Assembly: GCA_041747675.1 (NCBI GenBank)
Contig: JBGTES010000024.1
Coordinates: 8,426 to 72,425 of the forward strand
Reading direction: 5' to 3'
DNA length: 64,000 nucleotides
DNA from: Flavobacteriales bacterium
GTDB lineage: Bacteria > Bacteroidota > Bacteroidia > Flavobacteriales_F > PHOS-HE28
The position numbers and the translations under genes are program-made. Under the pieces are notes generated by a model. It did no database searches, was not told the origin of the DNA, and saw only the letters and a list, made by a program, of their open reading frames with translations. Each line of letters opens with the position of its first letter. Position 1 is the first letter of the stretch. Shown piece after piece: positions 55,960-64,000 of the stretch.

Positions 55960-58900
55960 TTGTCGAAGCCATCGTCCGATACCGATGCCGCACAGCCTTC
56001 CAAAGCCAGGCGGCCCAAGCTCCGTGCGCTGCTGCGGGTGCTGCTGGCGCTACTCCTACTACCCTTCCTGCTGGTGGCCCTGGCGGTCCTGTTGCTCTAC
56101 ATACCGCCCGTACAGCATTTCGTTCGTGGCAAGGCGGTGGACATCCTCACCGAACGCATTGGCACCAAGGTGGAGTTGGAGCGTTTCCATTTGCGCTTCC
56201 CGCTGGGCGTGCGCCTGAAGGGCCTGTATGTGGAGGACCAAATCGGTGACACCCTGCTCTACGCCGGGCAGGTGAAGACCAGCGCGGGCCTGCGGGAACT
56301 GATCGGTGGCAAGCTCCTATTGGACCCGGTGGAGTTGCGTGATGTGCGTGCCTCCATGCATCAGGCGGCCGACAGCACCTTCAACTTCGACTTCATCATC
56401 GACGCCCTCGCAGGTGACGATGCCGACGTGGACAAGGCACCCAAAGACACCACGGACGGTTTCGAATTCTCCATCGGCACGGTGCGGCTGGAACGCATCC
56501 ATTTCGACATGCGAATGGAGCCATCGGATCTTTCGCTGGACCTGCGGCTGGGCGAGCTGGCACTGGACTTCGACCGCTTCACTCTGGCCCCCCTGGCCTT
56601 CCATGTGGACGACCTCGTTCTCCGGGATACCCGCCTGGACATGCGCAGCAGCAGTGGCGAACAGAAGCCACGGCCCTACCCCGCGTTGGAGAACCCGCTG
56701 GCCGACATCGATGTGCGATTTGAAGGCATCGAATTGGATCAGGTGGCATTCACCATGATGACGACCGACACCGGCGACAGCCTGTGGCTGGCCGTGGAGC
56801 ATGCCGGGCTGACCACCCGTAGTATGGATCTGACACAGCAGCAACTCGCATTGGAAGAATTCGACCTCGACGGCTTCACCCTTGGCATGCTGGCCATGAC
56901 ACCTGTAGCCGCACCGGATACGATGCCAGCCAGCGACCCGCTGTGGCTGGACCAGGACGATGGCTTCCGGTATTGGACGCAAGACTGGGATCTTGCCATT
57001 GAACAGTTGCGTATCAGCAACAGCAGCATCTCCCTGCACACGGACAGTATCGCCTCCCCTGCCCTGCTCTTCGATCCGGCGCACATGGTCCATGCTGTCC
57101 GCCAGCTGGAGGCCCATGACCTGGTGGTGAACAATGATCGCATCGCCCTGCGCCTGGATCAGCTGGAGGTAAGTGGAGGCCCCGATACGACCGTGGTGCA
57201 CCTGTCCGCCTTGTTGGAGGCCACACCGGCCGTGGTCAGGCTGCACGACGGCAGGCTGGAGGCCATGGACAATACGATCACCTTTCAGTTGGAAGCGCGA
57301 CCCGGCGACCTCAGCACCGCCTACCGGGAACCATATGGCGTGCCGTTGGAAGTGGAGGCCGCTACCGCCTTGCGGATGGACGCTCTCCTGCCTCTGCTGG
57401 CCCAATTGGGCGTGGAACTTCCCACCGGCGCCGCAGCGGACGAAACATGGGACACCCGTGTATGGTCGAGCGGTACGGCGAACCGTGCCGACAGCATGGG
57501 ATTACACCTCACCGGCGACCAGGGCAGCCGCGTACGTCTGGAAGGCAGCACCCGGCGGACCGACCATTGGCCGCACAACAACTTCGCGCTACAGCTGGAC
57601 GAATTGGTGATGGGCCGCGGCATGTACCAGGTGGCACGCGCCTTCAGCCCGCCGGGCATCACCCTGCCGCAACGGCTTAGCATGCAGGGAAACGCCCGGG
57701 GTGAGGCTGGGACCATCCGGACCGCTTTGGCCCTGGACAGCGATATGGGACGCGTGAACGGCTTTGGCGTGGTGAGCGAGTGGAGTGGCAGCGTGCCCAA
57801 TGGTCTGGAGTTGGCGATCACCGTGGCGGATCTTCAGTTGGGCACCTTCATCGGCGACACTGCGCTGGACCCGATAAGTCTCAAGGTTCTGGCAAGTGGC
57901 GAGCGACTGAACAACACCGACCGACGTGGTTCGCTCAACATCACCCCCGAAGTGTTGACCTACAACGAGAATGACCTCTCCAGCCTGCGGGTGGGCGCCA
58001 CGGTCCAGGGCGATTCGATCCGGCTGGACCTGAGCGCAAGCGCCGAGCCCGCCGATGTGCTCCTCACGGCCAAAGGCACATGGCCCGAGGAGGGTGACAG
58101 CCTTGCCGCCGACCTGGACCTGGTGATGCGGCGGTTGCACCTGGAAGAACTTGGTGTGGTGGAACATGCGATCCATGTGGCCGGTCGCCTCAGTGGGCGG
58201 GCGGCCTTCACCGCTGATGGTTTTGGAATGGTGCGGCTCCAGGGAGATGACCTCGAACTGTCCAACACGAAACAGGACTTCACTTTTGAACGCTTCCGCG
58301 TGATGGGTCTGCTGGCCACGGACAGCACAGCTGTGGAACTGGACAGCGATGCGATCACCCTGGACTATCACAGCAACCTGGGCATCGACAGCCTGATCCC
58401 ACGCGCCCAGGAAAAGCTCCTAAGCTTCTTCCAGGAGGAGGGCACCTTCGTGCCCGTACCCGGAAGGCGGATGGACCTTTCCCTGACACTGCCGCGGACC
58501 GACTGGCTCACCGAGATCATCGTGCCCGAACTCGATGACATCGATCTGCGCCGCTTCGAGGGCAGCTACAACAGCGATGCGGATGAACTGAAGGTGAACA
58601 TCGATGTGCATCACGTGGCGTACGCGGGTATCGATCTGCATGGGCTCACCGTGGATGCCGACGCCCTCGGTAACCGGCTGAATGGCGCCATACGCGTGAC
58701 GCGTGCGGAACGCGACTCCCTGTTCCTCGAGAACCTTTCGGTGGAAGCTTCCACCGCGGAGGACACGCTCACCACCACGCTGCGCATGATCGAGGATGAG
58801 ACCGAACGATACCGGATCGGCGCCACGCTGCGACGCCAGGACGATATGCGTGTGGTACACATGCAGGAGGAATTCGTCCTGAACTTCCGCCCATGGACGG

Positions 58901-61041
58901 CCCATCCGGAGAATGCGCTATTCCTTACCCCCGAGGGTCTGCGTGCCGAGCACTTCGAGTTGCGGAACAATGGTGAGCGCATGGCACTGCGCACCGGGGA
59001 GCGCCGCAATCACATCGAGCTCACTGCATTCCAATTGAACAGTCTGACCGAACTGGTGGGCACCAACGATACGCTTCCGCTTGTGGATGGTGTGATCGAC
59101 GGCACCATCAGTCTACCATTCGTGGAGGCGGGGCGCCTGGAAGCGGACCTCACCATCGCGGACCTGGCGGTTCAAGGTGTCGCGGTGGGCGATCTCCATG
59201 TGCAGGCCGCGGAAATGTCCGGCAAGCGATACCAGGGCCAGTTATCCCTCGAAAGCCCGGGCAACCATTTGAACGCAAAAGCCAGCGCCGACCTCGCCGG
59301 TGAAGCACCGCGGATAGAGGCCGATGCACAACTGGACCTGGGCGATCTGCGCTTCCTCAAACCCTTTGTGCGCGAATACCTCTACACCGTGGAAGGGGGT
59401 ATGTCCGGGAACCTGCGCTACCGGCAGGAGGGTAAGGACGTCCGTGCCACCGGCCGTGTCACCTTCAATGATGCGGGCGTAGGCGTGATACAGACCGGCA
59501 GTACATACCGCCTGCCCAAGGAAACGATCGTGCTGGATGACAAGGGCCTGCAATTGGACAACGTGACGGTGCTGGACAGCGCAGGGAATCGTTTCCGCCT
59601 GGATGGCCGCGTGCATACCGCTACGCAGACCGCGCCCCGGCTGGACCTGCGCCTGCGCACGGAACGTTTCCAGTTGGTCAACAGCACGATCGAGGAGAAC
59701 GCGATGTTCTTCGGCGACCTCTTTGGCAGCATCGACCTGCGCATCGAAGGCACGGCCAACTCACCTGTGGTCCGGGGCGACGTAGGCATACTCGAAGGCA
59801 CACGTTTAAGCATTGTGCTGCCCGGCAGCCGGGTGGAACTGATCGAACACGAGGGCATCGTGATCTTCACCGACGACCTTGATGCGGTGGACACCCTGTT
59901 GGTGAACACCGACAGCGAAATGCTCCGCGATTCACTGGCCGCACAGCTGCCCGGCGTGGAGTTGGACCTGCGCGTGAAGCTGGATAAGCGCGCCGTCTTC
60001 GCCGTGGTGATCGACCCCACCACAGGGGATGAGGCCACCTTCAGCGGCAGCGCGGACCTGGTGTTCCGTTATGCGCCGGACGGCGACATTTATCTCAGTG
60101 GTCCCTTCACCGTGGCCAGTGGCGGATACACACTGGAGTTCTATGGCCTGGTGAAGAAGCGCTTCGAACTGGTGCCCGGGGGTACGGTGGTATGGGAAGG
60201 CGATCCGATGGGAGGCCGTATGAACATACAGGCCCGCTACCGGTCGGAAACGGCGCCCTTTCCATTGGTGGCCAGCGCCGGTGGTGGCGTGAGTGAAAGT
60301 GAGCGGAACCGCTTGCAACAGCGTCTGCCCTTCGAGGTGCTGATCAATATCGACGGTGGGTTGCAGTCCCCGGATATCGGCTTTGGGCTGGCGCTGGACC
60401 GGCTTTCGCGAAACAGTTTCCCGCAGGTGAGCAACCGCCTGGATCAACTGGCCCAATCATCCAATTCGGAGGAACTCAACCGGCAGGTGTTCGGGCTTCT
60501 GGTGCTCAACACTTTCATCCAGGACGAAGGGGCGGGTGGGCAGCCCAGCAGCGGCCTGGCAACCACTGCGGCGCGCAACTCCGTGAACAGCATCCTCACC
60601 GACCAACTCAACCGCCTGACCGGGCGGATGGTGAAGGGCATGGACATCCAACTCGGCGTGAACACCTACGACCAGGCCACGGCAGGCGAACTCTACCAGC
60701 GTACCACAGTGGACTACCGCGTGAGTCAGCGCCTGCTGAATGACAGGGTGACGATCGAAGCCGGCGGGTCGTTGGGCGTGGATGAACGCGACCAGGACGT
60801 GAGCAACCTGAGCAACACCCGCGCCGCGCAGTATGCCATCCTGTATGATATCACCAAGGACGGACGATTCCGTCTTCGGGTGTATCACGAGAACGCCTTC
60901 GACCTCTATGACGGGGAGATCTTCAATAACGGCGTCGCCATCATGCTCACCCGCGAATTCGAGGAGAACGCACGCGACAGGGAACGGCGCAGGAAGGCGA
61001 TCATCGAACAGCGTGAAGCCACCAAAAGCGAGGAGGAATGA
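55960..61041 (+). CDS. tamB: translocation and assembly module protein TamB (AsmA-like)
   Basis: 1693 aa. N-terminal TM anchor LLRVLLALLLLPFLLVALAVLL. Long beta-rich repeat body. Conserved C-terminal DUF490-like region. ATGA overlap with the downstream Omp85 gene. Confidence 0.85.
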   Translation: MSKPSSDTDAAQPSKARRPKLRALLRVLLALLLLPFLLVALAVLLLYIPPVQHFVRGKAVDILTERIGTKVELERFHLRFPLGVRLKGLYVEDQIGDTLLYAGQVKTSAGLRELIGGKLLLDPVELRDVRASMHQAADSTFNFDFIIDALAGDDADVDKAPKDTTDGFEFSIGTVRLERIHFDMRMEPSDLSLDLRLGELALDFDRFTLAPLAFHVDDLVLRDTRLDMRSSSGEQKPRPYPALENPLADIDVRFEGIELDQVAFTMMTTDTGDSLWLAVEHAGLTTRSMDLTQQQLALEEFDLDGFTLGMLAMTPVAAPDTMPASDPLWLDQDDGFRYWTQDWDLAIEQLRISNSSISLHTDSIASPALLFDPAHMVHAVRQLEAHDLVVNNDRIALRLDQLEVSGGPDTTVVHLSALLEATPAVVRLHDGRLEAMDNTITFQLEARPGDLSTAYREPYGVPLEVEAATALRMDALLPLLAQLGVELPTGAAADETWDTRVWSSGTANRADSMGLHLTGDQGSRVRLEGSTRRTDHWPHNNFALQLDELVMGRGMYQVARAFSPPGITLPQRLSMQGNARGEAGTIRTALALDSDMGRVNGFGVVSEWSGSVPNGLELAITVADLQLGTFIGDTALDPISLKVLASGERLNNTDRRGSLNITPEVLTYNENDLSSLRVGATVQGDSIRLDLSASAEPADVLLTAKGTWPEEGDSLAADLDLVMRRLHLEELGVVEHAIHVAGRLSGRAAFTADGFGMVRLQGDDLELSNTKQDFTFERFRVMGLLATDSTAVELDSDAITLDYHSNLGIDSLIPRAQEKLLSFFQEEGTFVPVPGRRMDLSLTLPRTDWLTEIIVPELDDIDLRRFEGSYNSDADELKVNIDVHHVAYAGIDLHGLTVDADALGNRLNGAIRVTRAERDSLFLENLSVEASTAEDTLTTTLRMIEDETERYRIGATLRRQDDMRVVHMQEEFVLNFRPWTAHPENALFLTPEGLRAEHFELRNNGERMALRTGERRNHIELTAFQLNSLTELVGTNDTLPLVDGVIDGTISLPFVEAGRLEADLTIADLAVQGVAVGDLHVQAAEMSGKRYQGQLSLESPGNHLNAKASADLAGEAPRIEADAQLDLGDLRFLKPFVREYLYTVEGGMSGNLRYRQEGKDVRATGRVTFNDAGVGVIQTGSTYRLPKETIVLDDKGLQLDNVTVLDSAGNRFRLDGRVHTATQTAPRLDLRLRTERFQLVNSTIEENAMFFGDLFGSIDLRIEGTANSPVVRGDVGILEGTRLSIVLPGSRVELIEHEGIVIFTDDLDAVDTLLVNTDSEMLRDSLAAQLPGVELDLRVKLDKRAVFAVVIDPTTGDEATFSGSADLVFRYAPDGDIYLSGPFTVASGGYTLEFYGLVKKRFELVPGGTVVWEGDPMGGRMNIQARYRSETAPFPLVASAGGGVSESERNRLQQRLPFEVLINIDGGLQSPDIGFGLALDRLSRNSFPQVSNRLDQLAQSSNSEELNRQVFGLLVLNTFIQDEGAGGQPSSGLATTAARNSVNSILTDQLNRLTGRMVKGMDIQLGVNTYDQATAGELYQRTTVDYRVSQRLLNDRVTIEAGGSLGVDERDQDVSNLSNTRAAQYAILYDITKDGRFRLRVYHENAFDLYDGEIFNNGVAIMLTREFEENARDRERRRKAIIEQREATKSEEE

Positions 61042-63353
61042 AGAGGGGGCCGGTAGTTGGCGGTTGGCGTTTGGCAATTGGCGGTTGGCAGTTGGGAGTT
61101 GGGAGTTGGTGGCTGGTGGTGATGCTGGCTTCGTCCTGCACCGGGCTCAAGCATGCCACGGAGGAAAAACCTCTCTTCAAGGGCTTCGCGATCAAGTGGG
61201 ATGATACACCGCCTCATGAGGCCACCCTGGCATTACAGGAACTTGAGAGGGTGGTGACCCCCACGCCCAACAACAGCATCCTCGGCATGCGGCCCACCGT
61301 GGCCCTGCACAACATGATGAAGGAGCCCCGTAAGCAGAAGGGCTTGCGTCATCTGCTCAAGTACAAGATCGGATCACCGCCGGTTTACTTCCATGAATTG
61401 CCACTGGATGACATCAACGCCGCGTTGGTGAACCGCATGAACAACCGTGGGCACTTCGCCGCGTCAAGCTCCTACAGCGTGGACCACCGGGGCAGGTTGG
61501 CTTCGGTGACCTACACGGTGACTGTACGGGAACCGCACCTGATCCGCTCCATCATCATGGGCGACAGTACTGGCAGCGGTGTGGACAGCGTGATCGCGAC
61601 CCATGAACGCGACCTGCGTACGGTCGAGGGAGCACCATACCACCTGGAGCGGCTTGCCGAGGATCGCACAATGATCGCCGATCGCATTCGCGACCGTGGC
61701 TGGTACCGCCTCCGCCCCGATGATCTGGTCTGGATCACGGACACTACCGTGGGGGGCAGGCAGGTGGATGTGCATCTGCGCGTGAAAGCAGGAACAAGTC
61801 TGGCCAAGCGCATCCCCTACACCATCGGTACGGTAACGGTGATCGGGGACCACGACGAAATACTGCCTCCACGTGACTCCATCATGGTGGACAGCATGCT
61901 TTACGTGAGCCATCTCAATATGTACCGTCCGCATACCATTACGCGCGGGGTGTTCATCAAGCCCGGCGACAATTATTCCCTGCGCCGCAGTGAGGCCACC
62001 AAGCGCTACCTCACCAGCTACGGCGTGTTCCGCAATGTGCTGGTCAACTATCATGACGACAGCACGCATCACGACCTGCTCCATGCCGAAGTGCGGCTGG
62101 TACCCCAGAACCGCTTCTCACTTTTCAGCGAACTGAACGCCGTGAGCAAGAGCAACAACTTCGCTGGACCCGGCCTCAAAGTGGGGTTCCGCGATCGCGA
62201 CCTGTTCCGTGGTGCCGAGCAACTCACCGTGGACCTCAATGGCCGTTTCGAAACACAGATCGCGGGAGAAGGCACTGGCACCAATGCCTATGAGCTGGGT
62301 GCGAAAGCCGGTTTACAAGTGCCGCGCATGCTGCTCCTGCCATTCCTGCGCACTACACGTACCAGTGTCCCATTCACACATTTCGCACTGGGCTATGGCC
62401 TCTTCCGGCGCATCGGCCTCTTTGGTCTGGAGTCGGCCAGTGCGGGCATGAGCTATACCTGGCGGGAGGACCGGCGCACGTGGCATGACCTGCAATTACT
62501 GGAGGTGAGCTACAACAACCTGTACTATGCATCCGAGGAATTCGACCTCTTCCTCGACGAGAATCCGGCCATCCGCCGCAGCTTTGAGGAACAGTTCATC
62601 ATCGGCTTCGGGTACAGCTACACCCGTAGCTCAAAACAGCGCGATACGCAGCGCAACTGGCTCGTGTACACCGTGGGTGGTGATGAAGGCGGCAACATCG
62701 CTTCCTTGATCTCCAGGGGCATCGAGGGCCCGCGCCCGGAAGAAGGCTACAGCATCTTCGGCGAACGGTACTCCCAGTATGTACGGCTGCGCCCCGAGAT
62801 ACGCTTGTACCAGAAGGTGGGAACACGGGGAAGCATGGTCGCCGCGCGCGTGCTGGCGCATGGTGCATTCGCTTATGGCAACAGCACCACGGTACCTTAT
62901 GTGAAACAGTTCTTTGCCGGTGGCACCAACAGCCTGCGTGGTTTCCGGGCCCGAAGCGTGGGTCCGGGCAGTTATGTGAGCGATGCCACCAATAACCTGC
63001 TGATCGATCAGGTGGGCGACCTGAAGTTCGAGGCGAACCTGGAGTACCGCTTCACCATGTCCGGCATATTCAAAGCTGCGCTCTTCGCCGACGCCGGGAA
63101 TGTGTGGTTGATCAATGATGACCCCCAACGGCCTGGCGGCCAGTTCAACAGGGACGAAGTGATCGATGAGCTTGCCGTGGACGCAGGATTCGGACTGCGC
63201 ATCGACCCGGAGGTGATCGTGGTGCGGCTGGACCTGGCATTCCCACTGCGCCGACCGGACCTCCCTGCGGGCGACCGATGGGTCTTCGACGATCTGGATA
63301 CGCGTTGGAACAGGAACTTCATCCTGAACATCGCGATCGGTTATCCGTTCTAA
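61038..63353 (+). CDS. Omp85 (BamA/TamA family) outer-membrane protein, TamL-like lipoprotein
   Basis: POTRA-like N-terminal region and C-terminal 16-strand Omp85 barrel (ends ...NFILNIAIGYPF). Signal/lipobox region ...VVMLASSC. Coupled to tamB. Confidence 0.8.
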   Translation: MKRGPVVGGWRLAIGGWQLGVGSWWLVVMLASSCTGLKHATEEKPLFKGFAIKWDDTPPHEATLALQELERVVTPTPNNSILGMRPTVALHNMMKEPRKQKGLRHLLKYKIGSPPVYFHELPLDDINAALVNRMNNRGHFAASSSYSVDHRGRLASVTYTVTVREPHLIRSIIMGDSTGSGVDSVIATHERDLRTVEGAPYHLERLAEDRTMIADRIRDRGWYRLRPDDLVWITDTTVGGRQVDVHLRVKAGTSLAKRIPYTIGTVTVIGDHDEILPPRDSIMVDSMLYVSHLNMYRPHTITRGVFIKPGDNYSLRRSEATKRYLTSYGVFRNVLVNYHDDSTHHDLLHAEVRLVPQNRFSLFSELNAVSKSNNFAGPGLKVGFRDRDLFRGAEQLTVDLNGRFETQIAGEGTGTNAYELGAKAGLQVPRMLLLPFLRTTRTSVPFTHFALGYGLFRRIGLFGLESASAGMSYTWREDRRTWHDLQLLEVSYNNLYYASEEFDLFLDENPAIRRSFEEQFIIGFGYSYTRSSKQRDTQRNWLVYTVGGDEGGNIASLISRGIEGPRPEEGYSIFGERYSQYVRLRPEIRLYQKVGTRGSMVAARVLAHGAFAYGNSTTVPYVKQFFAGGTNSLRGFRARSVGPGSYVSDATNNLLIDQVGDLKFEANLEYRFTMSGIFKAALFADAGNVWLINDDPQRPGGQFNRDEVIDELAVDAGFGLRIDPEVIVVRLDLAFPLRRPDLPAGDRWVFDDLDTRWNRNFILNIAIGYPF
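61056..61118. repeat. 7-bp tandem repeat x9 (GTTGGCG and variants) inside the tamL signal-peptide coding region
   Basis: gttggcg gttggcg tttggca attggcg gttggca gttggga gttggga gttggtg gctggtg. Encodes GGWRLAIGGWQLGVGSWWLVV. Confidence 0.85.
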
Positions 63354-63370
63354 GGGTGTTCTCATGTCCT

Positions 63371-63425
63371 ATGTCCCATGACGGTCGACTATTGTACCCA
63401 TGGGGCGACAACCGTCATGGGACAT
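63371..63425. terminator. stem-loop with 14-bp perfect inverted repeat downstream of tamL
   Basis: ATGTCCCATGACGG (63371-63384) pairs with CCGTCATGGGACAT (63412-63425) across a 27-nt loop that itself contains the palindrome CCCATGGG. No clear T-tract. Confidence 0.4.
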
Positions 63426-63480
63426 GAGACAGCCCACCTCCTCCCAGCAACGGAATGGTTCTTGCACCGTAGAAAGCCCC

Positions 63481-63984
63481 ATGCTCGACCGCACGCTCCG
63501 CATACTCGATGCCGCATCGCCTGCCTGGAAGGTGTTCATCACCATCACTGCCACGTTGCTGTTGGGCAGCACATCGGGCTTGATCACCGCAGGCGCCGTG
63601 GAGGGCTGGTACACCGAGATCGAGAAACCGTCCTTCAACCCGCCCAACACCGTATTCGGTCCGGTGTGGACAGTTCTCTACATCCTGATGGGCTTCGCGG
63701 CAGGGCTGATCTGGAGCAATGGCACCGAGGATCCCAATGTGCGTCGGGGTCTCGCTTTGTACGGCGTACAACTCCTCCTGAACGTATTATGGTCGCTGTT
63801 TTTCTTCGGCCTCAAGAGCCCGGGGCTCGCCTTGGTGGACATCACCCTGCTGCTGATCACCATCATCCTCTGTATCCGGGCCTTCCACCCCATTGATCGC
63901 TGGGCCGCCTACCTCATGGTGCCCTACCTCCTGTGGGTCAGCTTCGCCAGTGTATTGAATGCGGCCATCTGGGTGCTGAACTGA
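63481..63984 (+). CDS. tspO: TspO/MBR family tryptophan-rich sensory protein
   Basis: 5 TM segments. W/Y-rich motifs (WYTEIEKPSFNPPNTVFGPVWTVLY...WSLFFFG...VPYLLWVSFASVLN). Confidence 0.85.
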   Translation: MLDRTLRILDAASPAWKVFITITATLLLGSTSGLITAGAVEGWYTEIEKPSFNPPNTVFGPVWTVLYILMGFAAGLIWSNGTEDPNVRRGLALYGVQLLLNVLWSLFFFGLKSPGLALVDITLLLITIILCIRAFHPIDRWAAYLMVPYLLWVSFASVLNAAIWVLN

Positions 63985-64000
63985 GCTGTCCCGAGCTGAT

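Noticed and set aside
61038-61122. Alternative tamL start at ATG 61122 (after the 7-bp repeats)
   Set aside because: It would leave only MLASSC before the lipobox cysteine, which is too short for a signal peptide. The upstream ATG 61038 overlaps the tamB stop in an ATGA coupling arrangement.

Overview
This 64 kb window reads as a high-GC (~60-65%) Bacteroidota chromosome segment. Evidence for that assignment: several C-terminal T9SS sorting domains, a TamB/TamL pair, a LemA-TPM-TPM module, and a Fib_succ_major lipoprotein. About 55 protein genes are called. They include a partial TPR gene, DoxX, a DUF853 (HerA-like) ATPase, a Zn metallopeptidase, a dipeptide epimerase, and an S8 peptidase with a T9SS sorting domain. 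Further calls are FkbM methyltransferase, an OmpA/PD40/TPR protein, queE, a GreA-like factor, a GNAT/nitrilase fusion, two M14 carboxypeptidases, and a tandem-repeat T9SS cargo protein. Housekeeping genes include acs, serC, serA, a DUF1015 gene, yggS, an M16 pair, an AlkB-like gene, a malate-synthase-like gene, FKBP, yaaA, a DjlA-like gene, TamB/TamL and tspO. No rRNA, tRNA, CRISPR array, integrase or transposase was recognised. The most unusual region is a ~4.3 kb accessory segment at 25.1-29.4 kb. It is packed with toxin-antitoxin modules: a nucleotidyltransferase, a Bro-N/DinD-like gene, an antitoxin/RelE pair and an MNT/HEPN pair. Near-identical ~55 bp 3-prime remnants of a PIN-toxin gene bracket it as direct repeats. 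Two of its genes (DinD-like and RelE-like) are each interrupted by a single in-frame TAG. Other features worth a second look: (1) a 13-C homopolymer that puts the only good lipoprotein start codon of the Fib_succ gene out of frame, a candidate phase-variation switch; (2) a 7-bp x9 tandem repeat inside the tamL signal-peptide coding region; (3) 8-bp tandem repeats immediately upstream of the DjlA-like gene; (4) a CATATG/CATGTG-rich repeat-and-palindrome block upstream of queE; (5) a small ORF made of 16-aa YD-like repeats; (6) 16-bp direct repeats in the acs promoter region. All calls come from reading the sequence and the ORF track by eye. Start codons are often uncertain, and the track renders GTG starts as M.
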